The notes under the pieces were generated by a model. It ran no database searches. It worked only from the letters and a program-made list of their open reading frames with translations, and was not told the origin of the DNA. 64,000 nucleotides of DNA from Candidatus Anderseniibacteriota bacterium. GTDB lineage: Bacteria; Patescibacteriota; Andersenbacteria; UBA10190. The DNA is taken from contig JBBDZC010000003.1 in NCBI GenBank assembly GCA_040900375.1, positions 586-64,585 on the forward strand. The letters are read 5' to 3'. Below are positions 8,196 through 16,648 of this stretch, piece after piece. How positions within the stretch are numbered: position 1 is the stretch's first letter; each line of letters starts with the position of its first letter. A program made the translations under genes and the position numbers.

Positions 8196-9938
8196 TTATG
8201 GCAGGGGTGGTGGCGTGGGTCCCACAAAGGCAGCTGGTTGCGACGGCTTGGGCGAGTGTTTGTGAGAAGGAACGTCTGTTGCTGACGAGGATGCAGCCGC
8301 ACCTACCGTATGCTGCCTTTGTCGTTTTTCTTCCTTAACCTCCGCGAAGCATTCTCGACAATAGACTGCCTTCTCGGGATCAGGCATAAATGGCACTTCC
8401 GCTTGATTGCCACAGCGGTCACACGTAATGGTGTACATTGTTTTTTTCGATTTCCCCGCCTCATGAGACACTGGTTGCTCCGCGGCAGTTAAAACCGCTG
8501 CGAGATCAGTAATCTCACGCTGCTGAGCTTGAACTACCACATCTTGCAGTTCCTTTTCAATAAACTGCTGGGGAGGGCTGGGTGGCCTGGACTGTGTTCG
8601 CGCAGGCCGGGCGGCACTTGGTTGGCCTTCGTCAACAGCCGCCTTGCCCTGTAAAACAACACCGCTCCAGCGCGCGATCTTTTCTTCCACAATTTCTCGC
8701 TGTCGGCCGTAACGCTCCCGCGAAACATTAATCACTGTGTCCTTTTTGCCAAAATCCTCAATCGCGGGCGGGATTGTCTGCATACTGAATGGCTTGCTAG
8801 TTACCCCATGAATCATGAGCTTCACGTAGGCATTATATTTGTTGAGGTTAACCAGGTCAGTCTCTGTAAATGTGGGAAAGAACTCCTTTTCTAAGTACTC
8901 TGCATCAAAAGCACCAACCCGGAAAGAAATTAATGTGCCGACATTGCCAAAGACCGCATCGCGCACAGGTTCTTCCATTTGGGTAATATATTGATGGGCA
9001 ATAGTGAGGTTTAAACGATACTTGCGCGCTTCCGAGAGAATGGTGGCAAAAGATTCAGTTGCAAAATTTTGAAACTCATCAACATAGAGGTAAAAATCAC
9101 GCCGCTCTGCTTCAGGCATACTGGCTCGGTCCATGGCTGCTAACTGAATACGGTTAATTAACATTGCTCCCAACAAAGCAGAATTATCTTCGCCAATTTT
9201 TCCCTTAGAAACATTGATCAGTAAGATTTTGCCGTTATCCATAATATCTTTCATATCAATTGTGCTCTTAGGTTGAGCAACAATATTGCGAATAATGGCC
9301 GAGCTTAGAAATTGCCCTACTTTATTTTGAATAGGCGAAATCGCTTCACTACGAAAACGCTCATTATAGTTAGCAAATTCGTTAGTCCAAAAGGCTTTGA
9401 CCACCGGGTCAGAGATCTTTTCTACTACTTTCTTACGGTACTTTTGGTCAGACAGCATACGTAAAATCCCCAAAATAGTACTCGAGGGGTAATCAAGTAA
9501 TGCTAAAATGGTATTGCGTAAAATATATTCGAGTCGCGGCCCCCAGGAATCGGCCCATATTTTCTTGAGACTAGAAACTAACCCAGAGGCAACGAGGTAT
9601 TTATACGAGGGGTCAACAGCCTCGAGCACATTAAAGGCGATGGGGTAGTTAACGTCTGAAGGATCAAAGTAAATAACGTCGTTAATGCGCTCGGGAGGAA
9701 TAGCATTCAGTAACTTCTCCGCGGTATCACCATGAGGATCGACTAAACAAACCCCTTTATTATTGACAATATCTTGCGCAATCATGTTCTCTAACAGTGT
9801 GGATTTACCTACGCCGGTTTTTCCAATGACATAAATATGCCGCCGGCGATCGTCGGGATAAATACCAAATTTCCGGTGCTGACCGCGAAAATTAGTTTGA
9901 CCCACAATCGTGATATCTGGTATCTCGGTAAGTTTCAT
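8196..9938 (-). CDS. VirD4/TraG/TrwB-like coupling-type P-loop ATPase, soluble, with Pro-rich tail and C-terminal CxxC...CxxC zinc ribbon
   Basis: Walker A is IGKTGVGKST and Walker B is FYLYVDEFQNF. The conserved ARKYRLNLTIAHQ box resembles the T4SS coupling-protein / FtsK-HerA superfamily. The C-terminus carries CDRCGNQAEV...YCRECF. Confidence 0.6.
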   Translation of the reverse strand: MKLTEIPDITIVGQTNFRGQHRKFGIYPDDRRRHIYVIGKTGVGKSTLLENMIAQDIVNNKGVCLVDPHGDTAEKLLNAIPPERINDVIYFDPSDVNYPIAFNVLEAVDPSYKYLVASGLVSSLKKIWADSWGPRLEYILRNTILALLDYPSSTILGILRMLSDQKYRKKVVEKISDPVVKAFWTNEFANYNERFRSEAISPIQNKVGQFLSSAIIRNIVAQPKSTIDMKDIMDNGKILLINVSKGKIGEDNSALLGAMLINRIQLAAMDRASMPEAERRDFYLYVDEFQNFATESFATILSEARKYRLNLTIAHQYITQMEEPVRDAVFGNVGTLISFRVGAFDAEYLEKEFFPTFTETDLVNLNKYNAYVKLMIHGVTSKPFSMQTIPPAIEDFGKKDTVINVSRERYGRQREIVEEKIARWSGVVLQGKAAVDEGQPSAARPARTQSRPPSPPQQFIEKELQDVVVQAQQREITDLAAVLTAAEQPVSHEAGKSKKTMYTITCDRCGNQAEVPFMPDPEKAVYCRECFAEVKEEKRQRQHTVGAAASSSATDVPSHKHSPKPSQPAAFVGPTPPPLP

Positions 9939-9950
9939 AGAATCGGTAAC

Positions 9951-11243
9951 TTAAATATACGGCAGATTTTCCGGAGCGCTACCGAGACCGGAAGTGGCTC
10001 GCTGAATACTAGGAGAACGACCATATTTGCTGGGAAAATGAAAAAGAGTAGCGAGTTCTTCAGCCGTCATCATTGACCCACTCTTATCTCCCCAAAAATC
10101 CCGAAATTGATAATTAAGCAATATTACACGTTTACGATATCGCCGCCGCGTCTGCTTGAGAATATAATTAGGACCATTTGTTTTTGTAGCATCATCAGGC
10201 TTAAGAGAGTTAAGATGAGACGTGTTAAATTGTTTAAACACGCCAATCGCTTTACTGGCGTTGGGTTTATGAAGCTTGCCGACGGGGGCAATGTGAACGA
10301 CTCGCATTTTAGTGCGAAAACCCGAACGGCCAACTTTTTGCAAAATAGCTTTAGTAATGTCTTGTTCGGGTGGGGTCATAAAGAGCCGTTGTGGTTTAAT
10401 ATCATTCTTTGCACTCGCTTCGAGGGGACCCTTAGTCGCTGCTTGGAATAGTTCGCCAGGCAACGCCGTTAAAAACTCAAATAAGCGCGCGGTGACTCCT
10501 GGCGGCTTCTCTTTAACCCGCCCGGCAATCCTATTAATCTCTTCCTGGCCCCGTTCTGACCACGTATTAATGTCGGAGGCACTAACAGGACGGACGAGTA
10601 ACTGAAACCAAAAATGTTCACCCTCTTCAATGGTTGTAAACGCTTCAATCAGTGCTTGCAAGGGGTCAATGTAGCGCTCATCTTCGGCTAAGGCATCTTC
10701 ATAATCATGGTAGGTTCTAATCGGAAAAATATCCTCTCGGACGAGCACCATCTCTGTGCCGTAGAGATCAAAAGTTTTTTCTAGATCTCTATGAGGAAAA
10801 GCTTGGGCATAATCTTCAACCTCGCGGATTTCCGCGGTCGGATATTGACCATAAATTACTCCTTCAAAAAACTTTCTATGCACCGTCGGCACAACCATAA
10901 TAAAGCGGACTCGATTACGCGTGCATTCTAACTCACAAGTGTACCAGGCAAGCATATACCCCTCAAAGTATCGCTCCAGTAAATCAGGATTTTTATGAAT
11001 GCCGCCCCACACTTCAAAAGCTTGCTCCATCGCCTTGGGTGTTTGCGGCGTCTCTTCCGGCACAGTAATTTGGAGGTACGTGAAGTGAATCGCGGAAACA
11101 TAATCAATCTGCTTGAGACGCAGATATACTTCCCAGGCGATCCAGAGGGCAAAAAAGACAATAAATAACCAGCCCCAAGAAAGTAAGACAGTTGCAAATT
11201 CGCTTAAGAGACGAAGAATATTGGAAAAATCCCAGAATGACAC
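9951..11243 (-). CDS. hypothetical membrane protein, partner of the VirD4-like ATPase
   Basis: 430 aa with N-terminal TM helices (LLSWGWLFIVFFALWIAW). It ends 12 nt before the ATPase start. No family recognised. Confidence 0.45.
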   Translation of the reverse strand: MSFWDFSNILRLLSEFATVLLSWGWLFIVFFALWIAWEVYLRLKQIDYVSAIHFTYLQITVPEETPQTPKAMEQAFEVWGGIHKNPDLLERYFEGYMLAWYTCELECTRNRVRFIMVVPTVHRKFFEGVIYGQYPTAEIREVEDYAQAFPHRDLEKTFDLYGTEMVLVREDIFPIRTYHDYEDALAEDERYIDPLQALIEAFTTIEEGEHFWFQLLVRPVSASDINTWSERGQEEINRIAGRVKEKPPGVTARLFEFLTALPGELFQAATKGPLEASAKNDIKPQRLFMTPPEQDITKAILQKVGRSGFRTKMRVVHIAPVGKLHKPNASKAIGVFKQFNTSHLNSLKPDDATKTNGPNYILKQTRRRYRKRVILLNYQFRDFWGDKSGSMMTAEELATLFHFPSKYGRSPSIQRATSGLGSAPENLPYI

Positions 11244-11343
11244 AGAGGCAATAATTTTCCGCTGACAGTTTTAAAATATCAGGGGCGTATGCTTAACCAT
11301 ACCATAAGCCCCGCGGTTGGTGCGACTTAAGTGGGGCGGTTAA

Positions 11344-11525
11344 GAGCTTGGTGAATAATGAATTATTGTACTCGGGTGCCGCCCCCGCCTTCACCAGTAC
11401 CGCTCCGGCGGGTACACCGAGTCAAAGCCGCCTGCCCTACCGAAGCTTGCCGAAGCGAAGGCGGGTCGGACGGGGGTGCAGGTGCAGGCAGGCCCCGCTC
11501 GATACTGAAGTTATTCACCAAGCTC
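11344..11525. repeat. ~182-bp GC-rich element bounded by a perfect 15-bp terminal inverted repeat (GAGCTTGGTGAATAA / TTATTCACCAAGCTC); MITE-like
   Basis: The inverted repeat sits at 11344-11358 and 11511-11525. A homologous element with degenerate ends lies at 23590-23725 (shared AGAGCTTGGTGAAT...TTATT.TACTCGGGTG and CCGCTCGATA.T blocks). Confidence 0.55.
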
Positions 11526-11540
11526 CAGCTAAGGAAAATT

Positions 11541-11649
11541 GACTCTTCGACTCGCGCAAGCTCCACCCTGAAGGGTGGAGATAAGCGCGGCTCAGAGTCA
11601 ACCCTGAGCAAGCCACGGCCTTTAGACCGTGGAGTCGAATGGGTTGACA
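11541..11649 (+). repeat. copy 1 of a ~109-bp multi-hairpin repeat family
   Basis: GACTCTTCGACTCGCGCAAGCTCCACCCTGAAGGGTGGAG...CCACGGCCTTTAGACCGTGGAGTCGAATGGGTTGACA. Near-identical copies occur at 19324-19434 (+), 23749-23857 (-) and 30453-30563 (-). Confidence 0.85.
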
Positions 11650-11661
11650 ATGTCGAGGTCT

Positions 11662-12717
11662 TTACGACCGGAGGGTGTAGCGGTTCTCGGGCGTCTTAAT
11701 AAAACGTTTTTCGTTTTGGAGGCCGAGGAGGATAGTGTTCTTCTTAACCTGACGCTGGGCTAACACTTGCTCAATTAGCTCTTCGCGGGTCAAAGGAGTT
11801 TGGGCGCGCGCGAGTAATGACTCTAAAACATCGGCAACTGTGCCTGGGATATAACCCCACTCTGCCAGCCCGTATAAACCGCGACCGACTAGCACAAATC
11901 GATCATCTTTGATCAGTTCATTATGCACAGTTTGAGCATTGGCTTGCTTATGATCAAAAGCGGCTTCATTGATCAAATTAGTGATTCGCGTAAAGTGCTC
12001 TGGTTTGCCGTGGCGACGTAATACAGCATAGGCCTTATCACCGACTCCGCGCGGATTAGTTTCCGGCCAACCCGCCAGCCCCCATTCAAGAAAAGGAGTC
12101 TGGTTAACGTGTTTGCTTGCCTTGAGGCACGCGTCAATATAGCGAGAGGGTAATGTCTCCAGAGTTTCTTTAAGGCTGTGTAAGATCCCCTCAATCAACT
12201 CTTGCTCGGGCAGGGGATGTTGAGTTTGCTTTAAAATCTGGCGAGCGCTCTCCACCACCACCACAGCCTTATCTGTTACGACTGCCGGATAGCGCCAGTG
12301 CGGAGCAAAATACTGGTCACGAGAAACATACGTGTATGGCGGCAAAATCTCTAAGTAAAAGGTGACGACCGCCGGATGAATGTTATCCTGGCCAAGCACT
12401 TCACGCACTACTGCCACTACATGATTATCCGCCAGGATACCGCCATGATTGACGAAAATCTCTTCAAAAACCTCGGCTACTGGCTGCAAGGGGTCATGCA
12501 AAGCCGCTAAAACCTTTTTAGCTTGTGATTCGATTTGGCGCACTCGCTCGCGGGTAATACCATACTCTTTACCAATACTCTCGAGCGTCTCTACATGACC
12601 ATTGTTTAACCCAAAACGGCGACTGATAATGTCGCGAGAACGATCATCAAGCGCTTCCAAAAGTGTCTGGGTAAGTTGGTTAAGTTTTAATGCTTTAGCA
12701 GGGGCAGTCGCGGACAT
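11662..12717 (-). CDS. sigma-70 region 4-like HTH fused to two HARE-HTH-like domains; putative transcription factor
   Basis: The N-terminus (TLESIGKEYGITRERVRQIESQAKKVL) is a sigma-70 region 4.2 signature. The C-terminus (RFVLVGRGLYGLAEWGY) and an internal segment (PFLEWGLAGW) resemble the HARE-HTH (RNA polymerase delta N-terminal) motif F.RVGRGLYGL.EW. Confidence 0.55.
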   Translation of the reverse strand: MSATAPAKALKLNQLTQTLLEALDDRSRDIISRRFGLNNGHVETLESIGKEYGITRERVRQIESQAKKVLAALHDPLQPVAEVFEEIFVNHGGILADNHVVAVVREVLGQDNIHPAVVTFYLEILPPYTYVSRDQYFAPHWRYPAVVTDKAVVVVESARQILKQTQHPLPEQELIEGILHSLKETLETLPSRYIDACLKASKHVNQTPFLEWGLAGWPETNPRGVGDKAYAVLRRHGKPEHFTRITNLINEAAFDHKQANAQTVHNELIKDDRFVLVGRGLYGLAEWGYIPGTVADVLESLLARAQTPLTREELIEQVLAQRQVKKNTILLGLQNEKRFIKTPENRYTLRS

Positions 12718-12870
12718 AGTGTTGAGTAATTTTTCTTATATTGACACGGGGGTACTCCCCTAGTTCTTAATATATGATTAACCTAATCTGACTAATTGGG
12801 TTGCTAATTGACTAATTAAATCCAACATTGACTTATAGCACATACAAATAGCTATGTCAAACTAGCTTAT

Positions 12871-12899
12871 AATATAGGTCGAGATTGACTTTTAGTCAA
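12871..12899 (-). promoter_or_regulatory. putative sigma70-type promoter with overlapping palindromic operator, upstream of the sigma-r4/HARE-HTH gene
   Basis: On the minus strand: TTGACT (-35, plus coordinates 12894-12899), a 17-nt spacer, then TATATT (-10, 12871-12876). The -35 lies inside the perfect palindrome TTGACTTTTAGTCAA (12885-12899). The 327-bp AT-rich spacer also has TGACTAATT direct repeats (12789-12797, 12809-12817) and the palindrome GTCAATGTTGAC (12971-12982). Confidence 0.35.
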
Positions 12900-13044
12900 C
12901 TCTACTGCAATAAGCACCCCAACATACAGCAAGATCCCCTGGTTTGTCCAGAGTCACCTAGAGAAACAGTGTCAATGTTGACTGACACCGTCTAGTAAAG
13001 TTGTAACTCTCTTCATGAGAATATTGTTCGCAAGTTTCGCCGGT

Positions 13045-13923
13045 TTACACAATTTGGATCTCTGGTTCTAAAGAAACACCCGACTCTTTTTGGACGATTG
13101 CCTGGATATCAGTAATGAGCTGGCGGATATCTGCACTACGAGCATGGTTGCGATTAATAATGAAGTTTGCGTGCTTGTGGCTAATCTCGGCGCCTCCCTG
13201 AACGCGCCCTTTAAGCCCAGCTGCCTCAATCAATTTTCCGGCATAGACTCCCTTCTCTTTATTAGGGTTTTTAAAGATAGACCCAGCCGAAGGTGCATCA
13301 TACGGTTGACGCTCGTGCCGCTGTTTAACGTCGTGGAGAACTAGTTGCTGGCCAGCGTGAGCCTCGCCCTGCTGTAGAGAAAAGATCGCCCGCACGATAA
13401 TCCAGTTAGGTTCACGTTTAAAAATGCTATCGCGATAACCAAATTGGCACTGTGAGGCAGGTAAGGTCACAAATTCCCACTGAGATAGATTCGCTGATGG
13501 CCGTAGCACCACGACCGCTTGTAAATGGTCTTTAGTTTCTGTGGACCAGGTACCAGCATTTCCCCGCACGGCCCCGCCCACAGTACCAGGAATGCCAGCT
13601 AGTTCTTCTAGGCCGCGCAAGGAATGATCGAGCGCAAAATTTACCAATTGCCGCATAAAGACTCCACTAGCGGCCGTTAGGGTCGTTCCGGTTGCGTGTA
13701 GGCGGCGGTCTGTCATATGGATGACGACGCCCGGGTAACCTTCATCAGAAAATAAAGTATTACTCCCTTTGCCCAAGATAAAGAAAGGCAATTGTTGCTT
13801 GCCTGCCCATGACACGGCCGTCAGAATATCCTCATCACTCGTCACACGGAAAAAGTAACGAGCCGGTCCACCGACATGGAGCGACGTATATCGAGCGAGG
13901 CTGACATTCTCTTCCATGAGCAT
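13045..13923 (-). CDS. murB: UDP-N-acetylenolpyruvoylglucosamine reductase
   Basis: ARYTSLHVGGPARYF...FFILGKGSNTLFSDEGYPGVVI shows the FAD-binding MurB signature. Confidence 0.9.
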   Translation of the reverse strand: MLMEENVSLARYTSLHVGGPARYFFRVTSDEDILTAVSWAGKQQLPFFILGKGSNTLFSDEGYPGVVIHMTDRRLHATGTTLTAASGVFMRQLVNFALDHSLRGLEELAGIPGTVGGAVRGNAGTWSTETKDHLQAVVVLRPSANLSQWEFVTLPASQCQFGYRDSIFKREPNWIIVRAIFSLQQGEAHAGQQLVLHDVKQRHERQPYDAPSAGSIFKNPNKEKGVYAGKLIEAAGLKGRVQGGAEISHKHANFIINRNHARSADIRQLITDIQAIVQKESGVSLEPEIQIV

Positions 13924-13935
13924 GAGCAGAATAGT

Positions 13936-15201
13936 TTAAGAGTGATCCTTGAGCTGGCGCAAGTGCGTATCGAGGAGGCCAGCACTAAAGGCAAGAGCCA
14001 CATCGAAATCAGCCGCCAGAGTTTTCATGAGCTCCACCGCGGCTCGGTAGGTAGCAGCATACCAAATTGGCGTGCGTTTATGACGCAAAGCCTCATAGAG
14101 TTCGCGGCTACTAGTAGCGCTTTCCTTTTCGCGGCCGGGGGCGCAAAAAGTGGGGCAGATCACTAGCCCTTCAATAGGCGCCGCTGCTAGTGTCGTCACA
14201 AATTGGGTAAAAAAGGCGCTCAAGCGTTGCGTAGTGTGAGGTTCTACTAGAACCAGTAAGCGGCCTTTGGGATAGACCTCACGTGCGGCTGCAATCGTCG
14301 CTGCAATTTCAGTGGGATGATGGCCATAGTCGGAAATAACTTGGAGAGAACCGATTTTCCCTATTTTCTCAAAACGTCGTGATAATCCAGGAAAAGACGC
14401 TAGCGCCGCGCGCGCGACGTCCGTATCAATTCCCAGTTTTTGCGCGACAGCGAGGGCTAAGGCAGCATTATCTTGCATATGTTTCCCGGGCAGAGTCAGG
14501 GGGAGTAACTTATGGAGAGGAGGAACGAGAAGCGTATCATGGGGCCATGGTAGGCTTGTCTGTTCTTCATAGACACGCTGACTGGTAACTACAATCCCGT
14601 GCGGCTTAACCTGCATCAGTAACTGCGCATAACTAGCTTGGACTTCCATCAACGAATGAAAATAATCAGGGTGATCAAAATCAACTGTCGTAATCACCAG
14701 AACTTCCGGCTGGAGCGACAAAAAGTGTTGGCGGTATTCATCGGCTTCGACTACAAAGTATTCCCCCTTCCCGACCCGGGCATTATGTTTCCAGGCTAAA
14801 ACTTCTGCCCCCACAAGCACGGTTGGGTCTAGACCAGCACTAGTTAAGATATGGCCAATAAAGGCTGTCGTAGAGGATTTGCCATGAGTGCCGGCAACTG
14901 CAATCGTTCGGAAAATTTGCGCAAATTTTCCGATAGCGGTAAACAATGTCGCCTGTGCTAGGTTGTGGTTAGCCGCTAGCCGCCGCAGAGGATGCGTATC
15001 GGGCACAGCGTCGGAATAGATCATTGCATCTGCCTGGAGTAATAAATCTTCCGCCTGGTGTTCGGGAACAAGCTGATATGCTTGTAAACTAGGATCATGA
15101 GTGATTTTATCAAAGTCAAAATCAGTGCCCATGATCCGGTGGCCTTGGGCGGCCAGGAGCAAGGCCAAACCACGCATACCCGCGCCGCCAATACCCTGCA
15201 T
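13936..15201 (-). CDS. murC: UDP-N-acetylmuramate--L-alanine ligase
   Basis: MQGIGGAGMRGLALLLAAQGHRIMGTD plus the Mur ligase P-loop GTHGKSSTTAF. The ORF extends to 15285, but the MurC-type start MQGIGG is at about 15201. Confidence 0.9.
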   Translation of the reverse strand: MQGIGGAGMRGLALLLAAQGHRIMGTDFDFDKITHDPSLQAYQLVPEHQAEDLLLQADAMIYSDAVPDTHPLRRLAANHNLAQATLFTAIGKFAQIFRTIAVAGTHGKSSTTAFIGHILTSAGLDPTVLVGAEVLAWKHNARVGKGEYFVVEADEYRQHFLSLQPEVLVITTVDFDHPDYFHSLMEVQASYAQLLMQVKPHGIVVTSQRVYEEQTSLPWPHDTLLVPPLHKLLPLTLPGKHMQDNAALALAVAQKLGIDTDVARAALASFPGLSRRFEKIGKIGSLQVISDYGHHPTEIAATIAAAREVYPKGRLLVLVEPHTTQRLSAFFTQFVTTLAAAPIEGLVICPTFCAPGREKESATSSRELYEALRHKRTPIWYAATYRAAVELMKTLAADFDVALAFSAGLLDTHLRQLKDHS

Positions 15202-15220
15202 AAAAATTGTCTGTGTCTCC

Positions 15221-16405
15221 TTACCCACGCTCTTCTTGTAATACTGGCACGAGCCCCATGGCAAGTTTGAAAGTAAGCAACGCAATATCGCGGCCGGCCT
15301 GGGGGTGATCGAGCGGTGTTAAGGCGCGTGCCAGTTCATGGCGTAGATATTCGTGCTCAAGTAAATCAGTCAGGCTTCGTAAGAAAAGATTTCGACCTAA
15401 ATTTGCAGGATCCAGCACCCGCGCCGCGCCCGCCCGCTCATAAATTTGCGCATTGAGACGCTGATGATCATAAGCTGCTCCTGGCAAAGGAATAAGCAGA
15501 CTAGGTTTTCTCAACCGGGTAAGCTCGGCAAGCGTTGTCGCCCCTGCTCGCGAAACAACAATATCTGCCGCCGTCATCGCTTCAATAACCGTATCCGTTA
15601 AATAAGGATAGGCTTTGTAAAATTCCTTGCGGGATGACGATTCTAAGAGTTCATTAGCAACAGTCGTAATTTTTGTAAAATGATTATCGCCCGTGATATG
15701 AATAATGCCCGCCTGAAGAATTAACTCGGGTAAGACCTGAAGCAAGACCTCATTGAGCGCTAGTGCCCCTTGGCTTCCGCCAACTACAAGAATTACCATG
15801 TCACTTACTTTAAAGCCAAAGGCTTGTTTGGCTTCAGCTACGGAAACTCTCCCAAACTCATGGCGCACCGGTGTGCCAGTAACGAAGGTTTTATGCTGGT
15901 AACGGCTCATCTCTTCGCGCGTTGCTGCAAAGCCCACCGTGATCGCGGCTGCAAACCTCGCTGCCAAGCGGTTTGCTAAGCCAGATACGGCATCCGATTC
16001 GTGCAGGAGAAAAGGAATGCGATAGAAAGCTGCAGCTATGAGGACAGGAATACTGCCGTAACCACCCTTACTAACAATGACGTCTGGCATGATCTTCCAC
16101 ATCAGGTAGAGCGCCTTGACAATACCTACTGGTAGACGTCCGAGCATATCAAAAAAAGTTAAATGAGAGGCATAACGACGCAACTTTCCTGAAGGAACAT
16201 GATAGGCCGCCACATCATAATGTTTAAAAAAGGTCCGAGTTTTATCATCGACAATACCGATAAAGAACAGATCGAGTTTTGTCGGCTCTATTCTCTCCGG
16301 TAAAGAATCCTTTTGTTCCAGGTAGACCGTCCGCAACGATTCAATAATTGGTTCGAAGGGAATCAGGTGTCCCCCTGTTCCACCACCAGTAAGCACAATT
16401 CTCAT
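15221..16405 (-). CDS. murG: undecaprenyldiphospho-muramoylpentapeptide beta-N-acetylglucosaminyltransferase
   Basis: MRIVLTGGGTGGHLIPFEPII at the N-terminus and the GT28 C-terminal domain. Confidence 0.9.
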   Translation of the reverse strand: MRIVLTGGGTGGHLIPFEPIIESLRTVYLEQKDSLPERIEPTKLDLFFIGIVDDKTRTFFKHYDVAAYHVPSGKLRRYASHLTFFDMLGRLPVGIVKALYLMWKIMPDVIVSKGGYGSIPVLIAAAFYRIPFLLHESDAVSGLANRLAARFAAAITVGFAATREEMSRYQHKTFVTGTPVRHEFGRVSVAEAKQAFGFKVSDMVILVVGGSQGALALNEVLLQVLPELILQAGIIHITGDNHFTKITTVANELLESSSRKEFYKAYPYLTDTVIEAMTAADIVVSRAGATTLAELTRLRKPSLLIPLPGAAYDHQRLNAQIYERAGAARVLDPANLGRNLFLRSLTDLLEHEYLRHELARALTPLDHPQAGRDIALLTFKLAMGLVPVLQEERG

Positions 16406-16574
16406 ACGTTAATCATACGTTTATTTGTGCGGGAAATGAAACGGCCTTCGCATCTTACGGTAGAGTATGCAAAGGATGTAATGAAGCCTCCCCCGCGGCC
16501 AGGCCGCGGGGTATCAGGGCGGCTGCGTTGCCTAAGGAGTCGGCTCCGCCGATTCCTTTCAGAACCCCTTCCAT

Positions 16575-16616
16575 CCCCGCCGCTAGCGGCGGGGTATTCA
16601 CGGGGTGCAATAAACT
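16575..16616. repeat. 42-nt GC-rich palindromic element (CCCCGCCGCTAGCGGCGGGG + TATTCACGGGGTGCAATAAACT) in the murG-ftsW spacer
   Basis: A perfect 9-bp-stem palindrome. The same 42 nt (3 mismatches, reverse orientation) recurs at 30108-30149 inside a GT2 coding sequence. Confidence 0.7.
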
Positions 16617-16648
16617 TTTTTTACTTACCACTCTTGCCGGTCCCCGTC

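Noticed and set aside
7948-8338. ORFs 7948-8136 (+), 8072-8338 (+) and 8075-8302 (-)
   Set aside because: They overlap each other and the Pro-rich 3' end of the ATPase gene. They are produced by high local GC. The region is better explained as a structured spacer plus the ATPase C-terminal tail.
11358-11699. Overlapping 64-113-aa ORFs on both strands across the repeat regions (11358-11699 +, 11363-11650 -, 19112-19432 +, 19270-19497 -, 23578-23859 -, 30387-30596 +)
   Set aside because: They recur only because the underlying DNA repeat recurs. The translations are low-complexity (Pro/Arg/Ala-rich), overlap each other in opposite frames, and have no start or RBS context. They are treated as artefacts of the repeats, not genes.
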